Counted from the first letter of the stretch, positions 1-12,206 are shown. The stretch is DNA of 64,000 nucleotides from Histomonas meleagridis 2922-C6/04-290x (GCA_020184695.1 JAANOX010000128.1:243982-307981), one strand, 5' to 3'. The notes: generated from the letters alone by a model not told the origin. Numbers and translations are program-made.

Positions 1-819
1 AATGATGATCACTTCAGCAGTGATTAAACTACCATCCTTGTGGTTGAAAATAAAGCTAAGAAGATCAGGAATATAATCGGGTATTAATCGAGAAACTTGG
101 TTGATGGAATGAGTAAGATTACTGGTGATCGTCCAATCCAGAATCCATGTTTTTTGACCAATCCTAGACTTGAAGTCATTCCAGAGAGTCTCAGAAAAAG
201 AAAAGGCAGAAAACATTATGGATAATGTAAACGTAAATATTAAATCATGGTATTTTTCGCTATCTTGGAATGAACCTTTTTTAACAAGAGCTTTGATAAA
301 GTTACATGCATAAACTGCAAACTCGTGATTAGTAAAAAAGCCAAACATGGAAGGAAATGTAGAAAACGCATAAAAACTTATGGGTATTTCATCATCTTTC
401 AAAAATTCTTCAATCATAGGTTGTACATATTCCGTAGGGTCAAAATGTAATTGCTTAAGAAGTTTTAACATAACTTGTGCTGTTAAAGGTTGTGGATGAT
501 TTACAGTATTTGTTGAATCTAAAAGTGTGTTTTTAATGATCTCGCTAACAGGGCATATCCCATAATTTTTGTAAAAATATGTGTAATACAAAAAAAGATA
601 ATATGCTCTTGATTGAAGTACACTATTTTTTTGAAGTGAACGAAGTTTATTACGTACCCCAGCGAGCTTGATGTTAGCATCGCTCATAGAGTAACGTGAT
701 ATTATTTCTTTTTGCTGCTCAAGTGATAACAATGGAATTAATTTAAATTAACCGTTATTTCTCAATTGTTTGAAAAAGAAATAATCGTAAACTGTGGAAT
801 GCAACACGTTAATATCCAT
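1..819 (-). CDS. Hypothetical protein running off the window start; one in-frame TAA at 748-750
   Basis: Translated by hand: MDINVLHSTVYDYFFFKQLRNNG*FKLIPLLSLEQQKEII...FYAFSTFPSMFGFFTNHEF... open to position 1. Absent from the ORF track because it is truncated. Alternative start is ATG 687. Confidence 0.6.
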
Positions 820-1742
820 AAATGCATTTGTTAGAATTGGTTTATTATACAAATAAATTGTTTGAATGAATATAACAGGAAAGAATTTAATTATGTTTTT
901 ATCTCAAAATTATCGAATTTTTTTGATTTTGAAAAAATTATCGTTACATAGCAATTGAAACAAAAAATGAGACAACCTCGTCCTCTTTCTTATGATTTTA
1001 CACAATATCATAATATTATATGAAATGTATGAAGTTTGTGCTTTTGTGATATTATAAATCTTAGGCCACAATTAATTTTTTATCAAGATATTTCTCGTGC
1101 ATTTTGATTGTTTTTGAATTGACAATATAATAAACTATTCAATTATCCAAAAAGTGAAAAAATTAAGCAATCAATTTTGTCTGGGCGCAAGTTAAATATA
1201 AACGTTTTCAGAGAACGTTATTTTATTGATCCAAAAAATCTATTTAATTTTACATGAGAAATTATGCATTAAATATTTGATCTTCAGAATGATTTTTTGC
1301 AAACCATTCGGAGTCACCAAAACGTGTTAGATAGATCTTTCGATTAATTTTAATTAACACTTTCATGATTTATTTTTTTTTTAAAGTTTTTTGTGAAGGG
1401 TGTGATCCTTGATCAAAATAACGAAATTATGTTAATCTTGAGATCTCTTTCTTGAAAATTTTCGAGCAATTGCGACAATATGAAATTCTTTACGTCATGC
1501 TTCATAAGTAAATGGAATAATGGAAAAAAATCAAAGATATTAAATATTGTGATAATTTCTATTTTTTGATGCCAATACTGAGTGAGGGCATTAGGTTGGT
1601 CGTTTATTTACTCAACTTTACTTAGAACCAGTCAATTAGCTATGAAAAAGTTAAACTTGTCGAATTGTCACTTTTCGTTTTGTGTGACAAATATTCGACT
1701 TTTTAATGAAAAACATAAGAAAATTTTCATAGAAGCAATTAA

Positions 1743-2350
1743 TTATTTCGATTGAAAGTCAACTACATAGAACTGCCAAATACTTTTACTCAAAGTAGTA
1801 CATTCACTAAGTCAAACACATATACACAATCAAATACATATTCTCAAAGAAATACATTCCAAATTCATTTATATATTCTCAAAGTAATACATTTTCATGT
1901 TCAATTACAGAAACATATTTATTAATAACAATGTCAACAAACACTATTATTATGTCGATGTTTAACTTGGAACACACATACATTAATACGATTATTTATT
2001 ATGAATATGTAATTTTTGGATATTCCTCTTATTATCAATTTTATTCCGATTTTTATACGATAATAAATCAAAATGAAAATATAAATAATACGAATAATAA
2101 TAATTATATCATTATTGGTGTAATTATTGGAATTGTTATAGTTTTAATTGTATTATTTCTTGTTATTTATCTTATTCGTAAATATAAATATAAAAATAAA
2201 CGAAATATTTTTGAAGAAGAAGAAGAAAAATATTCAGAAAAAGAACAAGAAATTAATAACAATTTCAATTTTGGTAAAAAAGTATCTAATGTTGAAGAAG
2301 ATCCATTTGCAGTAGATTTTAACGAAGATAATCTTAATGTACATATATAA
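1743..2350 (+). pseudogene. Fragmented single-pass surface protein: S/T-rich stalk, TM helix, acidic tail
   Basis: NTFTQSSTFTKSNTYTQSNTYSQ stalk from 1743, 1-nt frameshift near 1860, then ORF 1931-2350 with TM IIIGVIIGIVIVLIVLFLVIYLI; upstream part contains stops. Confidence 0.5.
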
Positions 2351-2544
2351 ATAAAACATGAGTAAATATCTTTCAAATTAAAACTTTTTTAAAAATATTT
2401 TATTACTATATAATTGAACTTATTGTTGAAATAATATGAATTAAATTGTAATCTACTTATGTCTTTAAAATCAGTTACATAATTTGTTAAATTTTTTTTT
2501 TCAATTAAAAATAACAAATATATATACAAAAAGATTTATTAAAA

Positions 2545-3223
2545 TTAATTTTGTTGATATGTAATTTCATGACCATATTCATGCAAGTGTGCAATTTTTT
2601 CATAGTTTCGTGTTTGAAATTCCTTATGATAATTCTTAATCAATGAATTTCTTGCGTTTCCTTTTCTCAATTCCACAAATTTTTTTATCGAATTATTAAT
2701 CTTTTGATTTTCTACACCTAAGTTCTCTCTATTTATAATTCGTTTTAAATGTTCTCTATAAATTTCAGCATTTAATTTTTTGCAGTCAACAACACTGTCA
2801 AAAAGTGTCTGATATAAACCTATCGAATCTGCGTTCTCAATTCTGACTATCGTATCATTCAATGATTCAATTAAACTGACAATTTCCACTTTTTGAAGCG
2901 ACTGTGTATCGTCTATTTCAATTTCCTTTTTGATTACAGTTGTAATTGGGTGAAACAGACTCTAAAAAAGTATCATTTTCAGTTGTAAATTCGACAAAAA
3001 ATTTTGGTTTCGCAGATTTGATTACTTTGAAACCAAAAAAAATTTTATGTTCGATTTGGAACGTAATATAATTTCCAGGAACAAAAACATCGATAATCAT
3101 TTTCCCTATTGTATCATCTGGCAAATTAAATAAAATGTTTTGTGTTGATGTTATAGGCATATTCATTTCGAAAACAACGAAACTGTTTCCATTTTTAGTT
3201 GGACATTCAATGTTTGTGCCCAA
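2545..3223 (-). pseudogene. Hypothetical protein split by a 1-nt frameshift near 2949
   Basis: ORFs 2918-3223 and 2545-2889 join as ESVS-PITTVIKKEIEIDDTQSLQKVEIVSL if one C of a CCC run is removed; could be an assembly error. Confidence 0.5.
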
Positions 3224-4069
3224 AATTACATTCAGGTTTCGTATTTAGGCGTAATTCAATACAACCTAAGTAGTATGACAGAGAAGATACGTATCTGGTT
3301 AACATCTGTTAATGTAATTCAATCACAACAATAATAAACCTCATGATTTTGAGGATGTGCTTTGGTTTATCTTAGTTTTTAACAAAGCAAAACTTTTTTT
3401 CCATATTTGTTTTTTTGGTTTCACTATAATAGAATCAAAATATGAAGCAACAATATTTAGAGAAAGTATTTCATATTAATTAAACAAGCCAAAAACAAAA
3501 TTTCATTAAAATTAAAATTATCAACAAAATTTCAAATCCTCAAGAATCAACAGTTACTCAAAGTTGATTTTCGAAATTTTGAAACTTTCTTTAAATGTGG
3601 AAAATTTGTTTTATATATAATTTTCGTTTTGACCAATATTAGAAAATTAAGTTGATCAATCTTGGAAGTATTCCAATTGACGTTTTTTCTTTCGTTTACT
3701 CATATCGTTCTATCTTTCACTGAACTCATTAACAGTTAATAATAATTACACGAAACACAAACAACGCATATGAAAAAACAATAATAAATACAAATATTTT
3801 TGAGTAAAACTAATAAGTAAAGGAAGAAATTGTTTTGACTCATCGATTTAACTGATATGATATATTGGATATGTGGATATTGTCACTACTCACTACCGAT
3901 GAAGAATAATGAGTTAAAATATATAAAATCATGGTTTCAAAATAATAACTTCTGGAGTGAGTTTTGATTGAAGTCTTCAGTTGCAAGTGATTTGTAAACT
4001 TCTCAAATCAATTTTTTCCAACGTGAAAAATCATTTCATGTCATATGTCATATAATAAACGGAAAGAGA

Positions 4070-5389
4070 ATGGAAAAGAAAAAAACAAAATATTTCACAT
4101 ATAAAATACACCACGCACAAGTACTTGATGATATTTTAAACAAAAATATTGTTGATAAATATATCACAAAAAATCCATCAATAAAAAATCGATTACAAAC
4201 ATCAGATAATATAAATCAAACAAAATACAAAACTCAAACATCAAAATACATCAACAAAGAAAAAGACAATAACCAGCTTTTTACGAAAACCGTTCATGAA
4301 TATTCAACACGAAAGTATCATATTGAAAAATCAGATTACAAAAATTATAATCATTTAATAAATGCAAGATCATATAAAAGCACAATGAATTCTACTTTAA
4401 AATCATTTACTTTAAATCAACACAAAAATAATGATTTTGATTTTAATCATAATAACATAAATGTATTTCATGATACATTTCATCACAATTCAAATAAAAG
4501 TAATACACAATACAATGAAAAATCGCAAAATATTATTTCAAGAATTCAAAATGATTATCATCATAAAAATTCCAATCAAAAAATAAAGAAGAAACTTGCA
4601 AAAGTAAACAACGAAAATATTGAAACGAACAAATTATCAATTTCTAATATGGGAATTATTGATTTATCTCCAGTTACCATTCATAAGAAAACAAAAACAA
4701 AGGAAGCAAATCAAAATCAAAAACGCATTAAAAAGAAAATCAATTCAAGAACAAACGAAATTGATGACAATGAAATTCATGAAACAAAAAATATTAATTA
4801 CAATCAAATTCCATCAAAAATATTAAATCAAAAAATTAACAATAAAATTCCAATTATTGAAACCGAATCAAATGTTTCATCATTTGCTTCTCATTCATTC
4901 TTTGACCGTAAATATGAAAGTGATAGTTATTTAATATCACCACGAAAAGACTCGAATCAAAAATTTGTTGTTCCAAATAAAAATTTTCTTGAATTAAATA
5001 ATGAAAAATTAAATAAAAATGATGAAACTTTTAATCATGAAGAAGAACTTCTTGAACTTAGTGATATTGACATAAGTGATTTTGAAGAAGTGGAAAGAAA
5101 AATTCTCCTTCAAAACTCATCTTCTGATGAAATGTTTTTGGATGAAGAAGAACTGAGCGAAGGATCAGTAATGAACTCTTCTGAAATTGATCGATTTGTT
5201 GAAGAAGAATGTGTTGATGAAAGAATTGATCAGCAAATCATTGATTTAATTCATAGATGTAAAAATGATTCATATTCTATGAAGTTAATCGATGAAAATG
5301 ATGAATTAGATATAAATACATATGAAATCTTTGACATGGCAGATAAGATACTTGCGAAAGAGCTATGTAACATATTATATTGTTTGTAA
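4070..5389 (+). CDS. Hypothetical N/K-rich low-complexity protein with acidic C-terminus
   Basis: 439-aa ATG-initiated ORF; no recognisable domain. Confidence 0.65.
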   Translation: MEKKKTKYFTYKIHHAQVLDDILNKNIVDKYITKNPSIKNRLQTSDNINQTKYKTQTSKYINKEKDNNQLFTKTVHEYSTRKYHIEKSDYKNYNHLINARSYKSTMNSTLKSFTLNQHKNNDFDFNHNNINVFHDTFHHNSNKSNTQYNEKSQNIISRIQNDYHHKNSNQKIKKKLAKVNNENIETNKLSISNMGIIDLSPVTIHKKTKTKEANQNQKRIKKKINSRTNEIDDNEIHETKNINYNQIPSKILNQKINNKIPIIETESNVSSFASHSFFDRKYESDSYLISPRKDSNQKFVVPNKNFLELNNEKLNKNDETFNHEEELLELSDIDISDFEEVERKILLQNSSSDEMFLDEEELSEGSVMNSSEIDRFVEEECVDERIDQQIIDLIHRCKNDSYSMKLIDENDELDINTYEIFDMADKILAKELCNILYCL

Positions 5390-5429
5390 ATATTAAAATG
5401 TTTAAGATCTGAATTTTAACTATCGCATT

Positions 5430-5437
5430 GTCACTTT
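5430..5437 (+). promoter_or_regulatory. GTCACTTT / AAAGTGAC core promoter motif (contains Inr TCACT)
   Basis: About 50 bp upstream of ATG 5485. The same octamer lies 15-16 bp upstream of Vps16 (28316-28323) and RPB11 (35298-35305) and at 45112-45119. Resembles Trichomonas Inr / AAAGTGAC motifs as I recall them. Confidence 0.5.
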
Positions 5438-5484
5438 TTACTTCGTGTGCCGTTTATTTTTTTGTTTTTGAACGTTAATTTGCA

Positions 5485-6189
5485 ATGGATTTGCAAGCAA
5501 TGGACAGAGAATTTGTGAGGGAACAACTCACAAAACTAGGCTATAAAGATCTAACAGATGAACTAATTGACGAGTTTTTGGAAAGACTTCAAGAAGACGA
5601 CGATCTTGATTATTCTTATTCCAAACAAAATACCACATCTACATCAAAAGAATCAACTCCAAACAAACAACAGAATAAAACCTCACCAGAAAAAACTAGG
5701 GTATCAATTGATGATAATTCAGTTGATGATTACGAAAGTAAAAGTCAACAAAATACATCACACAGTAGCTCTCAATCACCACGTAAGCAAAGGTCACCTA
5801 AAAGAAATAAAGATGATGATGATGAAATCACTGAATGGACAAAAAGGATTCAACGTCTCAACAAAAAAGCAAAAGGCCTTGATCTCCAAATTGAAGAGTG
5901 CAGGTCTGCAATAATGGATCCACCAACTGAGCATGTAGATGTTCCTTTATACTTTGGGACTTCAGAACGAAAGCTGGATCCATATCCATCCGTTCCATAC
6001 AGAAACGCTGGATTTATCCGGCCGCCTCCGATAAGGTCAAGTCGGAAAGGGATCAAAAAGAAGGGAAGGAAGTTGTTATATAATGAAAAATTTCCTGATT
6101 ATGTTCCTCCGCCTGAAAGAAGGAGAGATGCTCTCAGATGGCAAATACGACAAAAATTGGTGTACAGTGATCCTAAGTATCGACAATGA
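5485..6189 (+). CDS. HYLS1: HYLS1-like centriolar/ciliary protein
   Basis: N-terminal VREQLTKLGYKDL and C-terminal YVPPPERRRDALRWQIRQKL match the hydrolethalus syndrome protein 1 pattern. Confidence 0.65.
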   Translation: MDLQAMDREFVREQLTKLGYKDLTDELIDEFLERLQEDDDLDYSYSKQNTTSTSKESTPNKQQNKTSPEKTRVSIDDNSVDDYESKSQQNTSHSSSQSPRKQRSPKRNKDDDDEITEWTKRIQRLNKKAKGLDLQIEECRSAIMDPPTEHVDVPLYFGTSERKLDPYPSVPYRNAGFIRPPPIRSSRKGIKKKGRKLLYNEKFPDYVPPPERRRDALRWQIRQKLVYSDPKYRQ

Positions 6190-6254
6190 TCCATATATTT
6201 AATGCTTTTTATTTCTATAATTTATAATTTCTTACCAATAAAAAAGTAATTTAT

Positions 6255-7755
6255 TTATTTAGATCTTCTTTTTATCTTTTTAAAAGTTTTTCCTTGAAGT
6301 AATTTAACTATTTCTCTATGACCTTTTTTTGATGCTAACCGAAGTGCTGTTTCAAACATTAAAAATAATTTCCAAATATTATTTTGAAATATAAAATTAT
6401 TAAAATAAATATAAAATAAAACAAGTGAATATCTTTAGCATTAATATCAATTCCTTCTTGTTCAAGAAGTAATTTAACTATTTCTGTATAACCATTTTTA
6501 GATGCTAATATAAGTGCTGTATTAAATAATTTATACAATTTTTGAATATTATTTTGATATGTCAAATTATTAATATAAATTAAAAATAAGATGAATAAAT
6601 ATCTCTAGCATTAATATTCACATTATTTTGTTCTAAAATATATTTAACAAGTTCAATATTTCCAGATTGTACTGAAAAAATTAAAATATTTTTTGGGATG
6701 ATATTTAATTTCATTAAATCCTTAATAAGGAAAATATTACCAAATTTAACTGATTCACAAAAAAATTTTTCATTAATTTTCATTCCTTCATTTAATAAGA
6801 AAGAAAAAATCTCGAAATTACATAAAGCAATACATTTTATCCCTAATTTATATAAATCGTTTAAACTAGGAGTATTATTTTGATAAAAATAATGAAATAT
6901 TTGATTTTGATGAAATTTAATTGTATCGAAAAATCTTGAAAAAGAAATCTCATTATTTTCACATAGATGATAAATTTCTATGTTTCCACCTGCAATTGCA
7001 TATTTAATTGTTCTATTTGTTATAGAAGTATTTAACATTAGGAATCTAAAACATTTAATGGAACCAAAAAATGCAGCATAATCAATAAGTGAAACATTCC
7101 AATTATTAATGAATGAAAATCTTTCATATAGTGATGGTTCAATTTTTTGTTTAAAATTAAAATCTGTTTGTGATGATAATTTTTGAAGTTCCTCTACATC
7201 ATCTTCACGAATTACTTTTGCAATTTCTGATGGATTTACTCCTTCATGAATTAAATGTTTGTGTAATTCCCAATTGTTTGCACAAAGTTTTTGTTTATTA
7301 TCAAAGAAATATTTCGTAAATTGAGTAAAATATTTACTCATCTTTTCAAATTGCATTTTTGTCATATAATGAACAAAATATGGACTTGATGTAGTTTTAA
7401 AAATAAAATCAGGTTGGATTAATTTCCTTTCAAGCATTTGGTTAAGAATGTAATTTGATTCACACGTATTAAAAATAAGTAGAAATTGTTTAAACACTTC
7501 AAAAGTTTTTGGATTTTGATTAAGAATTTTTTCTTCAGTATTTTCAATTTCTTTTAAGTATTGAAAATAAAGATTAATTTCATTCTTCTTAGCAATAAAA
7601 GCAGAATAAATAAAATGACAAAGAATAGTGTTGAATGAGTATGTTAAATCCTTATCATAGTATTGCATTGACAATTGCGTCATATGTTCAACATTACTTT
7701 CTTCTATATCGAAAACAATTTGGTATATATTTTGAAGAATTTTTGTTTCTTCCAT
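6255..7755 (-). CDS. DUF3447/ankyrin-repeat protein, locus A; last two repeats interrupted by 80-nt spacers
   Basis: ORF 6580-7755 has IAKVIREDDVEELQ...LIDYAAFFGSIKCF...YAIAGGNIEI and stops inside the first spacer; ankyrin cassettes continue at 6431-6520 and 6255-6350. Confidence 0.8.
6351..6600 (-). repeat. Two 80-nt ankyrin spacers (6521-6600, 6351-6430), 170-bp period
   Basis: Counted from the GAT (Asp) codon to ACA GCA CTT (TAL): 80 nt each. Confidence 0.9.
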
Positions 7756-8158
7756 GACAAAAATATGTTTTTCAATAGTTTAAATTTTAGGGCACGATAG
7801 GGTTTATAGACTTATTTTAAATAGTTTACTTTCTCACTACCATGTTAAACTTTCGTAATATTTTTTATATCAAATAAATTTTTGTGCATCTTATTTTTTC
7901 AAAAATAAGATTTTTTTTGCTGAACATAACTTTATCTAATGATACTATACTCAAATTACAAAAGCTTCTATGTGATTAATGCTGGCATCTCCTAATTTAT
8001 GAAGTTTAAGAGCGTTAACAAATCTTTTTTCAACATGTTTTGAAAATTAGGAATACTTTGAATTTAATTTCAACTAATATAAATAAACTTTACTTAGTCT
8101 CTAAAACCCAGGTTTGATAAACATATTTGGATGTTTAAAAAGTTTTAGTTCCCTATCA

Positions 8159-8719
8159 ATGTATCAACTAAAAAAATGTAGAAAAATTTGCTTTCTCGGA
8201 GACAACTCAACAGGAAAAACATCTCTAATTTATACGGCTTATGAAGGAAGCCTACCAAAACGGTGTATTCCTAATGTTTCTGATAACATTTTATTGGAAA
8301 TAAAAATCAACGATTTTTTGCTTAATGTTCAGGTATGGGACACAAATTGCCAATGTGACAACGATAAATTTCGACTGTTTTGCTATGTTCTGCAAACAGA
8401 TATATTTATACTTTGCTTTTCAATAGCTGATAGACGTTCTTTTGAAAGAATTAAAATACAATGGCTCATGGAAATCAAAAGTTTTGCGAAAAATTCAAAA
8501 ATCCTTCTTATTGGTACAAAATCAGATTTACGAAAAAGCATGCCACCAGGGCAATGTATTTCGAATGAAGAGGCTTTATCTCTTGCAAGCGAAATTCACG
8601 CATTTGATTATGTTGAATGCTCATCCATTTTAAATGAAGGTGTGAAAGAAGCATTTACCAAAATCTATACAATGTTATACAGTATGGAAACAAAATCAAA
8701 AAAATGCAATGTTTCATAG
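8159..8719 (+). CDS. Rho/Rac-like small GTPase, atypical switch II
   Basis: GDNSTGKTS P-loop, WDTNCQ (DTAGQ variant), GTKSDL, ECSS, C-terminal CNVS CaaX-like; first ATG at 8159. Confidence 0.85.
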   Translation: MYQLKKCRKICFLGDNSTGKTSLIYTAYEGSLPKRCIPNVSDNILLEIKINDFLLNVQVWDTNCQCDNDKFRLFCYVLQTDIFILCFSIADRRSFERIKIQWLMEIKSFAKNSKILLIGTKSDLRKSMPPGQCISNEEALSLASEIHAFDYVECSSILNEGVKEAFTKIYTMLYSMETKSKKCNVS

Positions 8720-9043
8720 AAATAATAAGAGAACCAAATCTACTTTAATAAATTTGCAACCATCCAAAATTATCAATGAAAGCTTCACAAAAATGTGCAT
8801 AATGGAGTTGATTTAATCAACTGATTTTTTTGAGGTTGCTCATCGATTTAAATATTTTTATCGAAAAAAATTGTTAAATGATTTTTTCCCAAACCAAAAT
8901 GTTCGCACAGTTTGAAAAATCAGTTTTTGAAAGTTATCGTTGTCTGGATACATTCAATTTTTTCATTGAACTATCGGCCTTATTATCGGAGACCATTGGA
9001 TGCCACAAGTAAATCTCTCAAATTTGAATGTTGCAACAATTAA

Positions 9044-12000
9044 ATGTTTTTTGCGCTCTATTGCTTGTTTGCGCAAGCAACCGATCAATTATTCTCATCT
9101 TTATATCCCACTGAACTTGGAATTTGTAGTGCTAATATTAATGGGACTGAATATAATTTCCAAGAAATGGGTAATTTAAGAGGTGTTGATACTTTTCATC
9201 CTGATGGTGAACCTTATACATATTACATTAAAATGTGCAGTGAAATTGATCCAGAAAAAGATAACATTCCAGATTTTGATACCTCACTTAACACACATGA
9301 TGTATTTATTGCACGATGTAATGATCAAACACATGCTTGTCAATCCCTCATTACTTCAAACTCATGGGATTGGAAATTTGCAACATCCAAACATAATGAT
9401 GGAGCAATATATTATGCACAAGGTGAACCATATCAAATTCCAGGCACTCAATATCATGCCACATTCGACATAGAAATTGTTGTTAACTGTGACTCGACTA
9501 TTGTTGATCCAAAAGTTGAAGCAATTTATGAATATAATAATGAAGACGTTTATAAAACATCACTTAAAATGACGATTACCAATTCGTATGGATGTGGTAA
9601 ATCAGTTAAACCACCCACACCAACGCCCACACCATATGCTCCAGATTGTTCATTTCGAGAACGTGATCATGTTACTGGCTTAGGTCTTGACATCAACATT
9701 GTTGATCTTAATGTTGGTTCATTTGGTTCCCGAACCCCCATAAGTATTAATGGTGTTGGTGGTTATATATTATTTATGCAACCATGTGAGCGTATGAAGT
9801 GTCCATTAGGATATCAATGTCCATCCCCAGATATGTACTCGTCTTCATGGCTCTGTAATGAAGCTGACTTACAATGTGTTTCTTATGGTGTCAGTGAATC
9901 CACAGCATATATAAGCAAAGTTAGTGAAAATTTGGACGATGGAATTCAGGTCACATTAAACAACCTCCAAGAAAGGAAATCGACACAACTCAAACTCAAG
10001 TGTCAAAAGACATATCCACGTGGTCATATTAACTTTGGACATAATGCAACACTTGATGAAGAAGGCACATTAGTCGTTACAGGTTTCAGTGAAGAAATCT
10101 GTCCGAAGATTATCCCTGAACCACAACCTAAACCAGAAGGAATGTGCTCATTTAACAGCACTGTTGGCAAACAACAAATGCTAATTAATATAGAAAATTA
10201 TAACAAAGGTGATAACATTGGATGGACATCTGAAGTTGACATGTATGGAATTTTAGGCACACCCAAAGGTTTATTAATGTATGAGCCATGTAACAATATC
10301 TATTGTCCTGATAATTCTTATTGTAATGGTGATGAAGATGCAACAGTTTTCATCTGTACAAATGTCACAAACGAAATCGAAAAAGAATGTATAGCATATG
10401 GGTTATTCCATAAGAACATCAATATCAAGCTCAAAGACGCACAAGACCCGAGCAAAGGAATAAAAGTCAACTACTTTGGCGACTTGGATAAGCTGGTGAC
10501 CGTTAACTGGCATTGTGACAAAACGCTGGAGAAGAATCAGTTAAAACTGCCAAACAATATCACAATAATTGACTCGAAGACGATAGAGTTTGATGTGTAT
10601 TCATTTGATGCGTGCGCTACTGGCGAACCTACTCCTGCACCTAAGCCATGGTATCCACCTAAGCCTGTTAAGCCTACGGAGCCTACGCCTACACCTATAG
10701 CATCACCAAATCCATTACATTTCCATATCATTAATGATACACATTATATTGTAGCAGATTTAGACAGTTATCGACAAGAGATTTATAGGAATAATTTCAC
10801 TATTGTATCAGGTCCAGCAACTGGTACTATTTATTTTGAATATCATCCTTGGGAATTCATTACTTGTCCTACTGGTTATCATTGTAGTGAACATTTTACT
10901 GAAACCAATTTATGGATTTGTTGGACTGAAGATGATGGATCGAAATATTGTCATAATGGTGGCGACAAAAGAATTTATGTAAATTTGTTACCTTATGATA
11001 ATCCTGATAAAGGTGTTAGCTTACAATTTGGTGGTGTTTATGATTTATCAACTGAAATTTATGTACAATGTGATCCTAATGAAGATATTAATGCAATCAC
11101 TTTCGATCATTCAACTTACTTTAGATATTTCCATTCAATGGTAGGTACTCAGTTTATAATATACACTGATTCCGGTGCAATATGTCCAAGGAAATTTGTT
11201 AAACCTATTAAACCTGATATACAAACACCAACGCCTACACCTGATCCTTATTATAACCCATCATTTTCTTATGTTTCCAAAGTCATTAACAATCAATTTG
11301 TTATGTTAAATCTTGACGATATTGATAATGTTTACAATATCGAACTTGGTATTAATTACGCTAGAAATGGTTACCAAAGAAATGTAATAGTGTTAAGTCC
11401 TGTAAGAACTATTAAAGGTCTTGTGAACTTCACAATTCTGGATGATTTAGAAGAATATAATAATAACAATGCTGTTTCTTCATTTGCCAATGCATGGCGT
11501 TGTTTTAATGCCTCCGATGGTATTAATTATTGCCATTCAATCGGTAATTCGAAGTACGGAGTTACAATGGATTTAATCGATCAAAATGATTTTGACGCTG
11601 GAATTTTGTTACATTATATCGGTGGTTACGACGGTTATGAAGTGAAAATCAACATCAAATGTGACACAACCGTCGAGGGAAGTGACATCAAGTTTGAGAA
11701 CGTAGGTGGAATAGACTCTGGAAATACGATTGTTGTGAATGCTTTTACTTCATTGGTATGCCCTAAAGATGCATCTGAATATCCAACGCCAACTACAACT
11801 GTAACTCACACTCATACAAATACTCCAACAAAAACACCAACTAAAGTTCCGACACCAACAAAGGAACCAGAACCTTCAGTAGAACCAGAGCCTCCTGAAT
11901 ATGTAGTATCTGTATCTGGTGGATCAGTATTTTTGATTATTTTGTTCATCGGGTTCATTGGTTACTTTGTTTTGTTCGTTCTAATAGGATATATTAGGAA

Positions 12001-12127
12001 CGGAACCGTAGAAATACCTCATTACGAGTTTTGGCATGAATTGGGTAATTGCATTTTAACCGGTTTTCTCTTCTTAGTAACATGTGGAAAAAGGAGGTCA
12101 ATTGAGTATGACTATGCAAACATTTGA
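9044..12127 (+). CDS. Type I membrane protein with about five Cys-rich MRH-like (M6P receptor/Atg27-like) domains and Pro/Thr linkers
   Basis: Signal peptide, repeated Cys-spaced domains ending in CPK/CPR, PTPTP linkers, SGGSVFLIILF TM followed by an IPHYEFW tail typical of M6PR/Atg27 family. Confidence 0.7.
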   Translation: MFFALYCLFAQATDQLFSSLYPTELGICSANINGTEYNFQEMGNLRGVDTFHPDGEPYTYYIKMCSEIDPEKDNIPDFDTSLNTHDVFIARCNDQTHACQSLITSNSWDWKFATSKHNDGAIYYAQGEPYQIPGTQYHATFDIEIVVNCDSTIVDPKVEAIYEYNNEDVYKTSLKMTITNSYGCGKSVKPPTPTPTPYAPDCSFRERDHVTGLGLDINIVDLNVGSFGSRTPISINGVGGYILFMQPCERMKCPLGYQCPSPDMYSSSWLCNEADLQCVSYGVSESTAYISKVSENLDDGIQVTLNNLQERKSTQLKLKCQKTYPRGHINFGHNATLDEEGTLVVTGFSEEICPKIIPEPQPKPEGMCSFNSTVGKQQMLINIENYNKGDNIGWTSEVDMYGILGTPKGLLMYEPCNNIYCPDNSYCNGDEDATVFICTNVTNEIEKECIAYGLFHKNINIKLKDAQDPSKGIKVNYFGDLDKLVTVNWHCDKTLEKNQLKLPNNITIIDSKTIEFDVYSFDACATGEPTPAPKPWYPPKPVKPTEPTPTPIASPNPLHFHIINDTHYIVADLDSYRQEIYRNNFTIVSGPATGTIYFEYHPWEFITCPTGYHCSEHFTETNLWICWTEDDGSKYCHNGGDKRIYVNLLPYDNPDKGVSLQFGGVYDLSTEIYVQCDPNEDINAITFDHSTYFRYFHSMVGTQFIIYTDSGAICPRKFVKPIKPDIQTPTPTPDPYYNPSFSYVSKVINNQFVMLNLDDIDNVYNIELGINYARNGYQRNVIVLSPVRTIKGLVNFTILDDLEEYNNNNAVSSFANAWRCFNASDGINYCHSIGNSKYGVTMDLIDQNDFDAGILLHYIGGYDGYEVKINIKCDTTVEGSDIKFENVGGIDSGNTIVVNAFTSLVCPKDASEYPTPTTTVTHTHTNTPTKTPTKVPTPTKEPEPSVEPEPPEYVVSVSGGSVFLIILFIGFIGYFVLFVLIGYIRNGTVEIPHYEFWHELGNCILTGFLFLVTCGKRRSIEYDYANI

Positions 12128-12206
12128 TTCTTCATTAGAATCAAAAATAAAAATAAATGATAATTAAGTACCATTTTTATATTTATTGATACACACAATG
12201 TAATGC

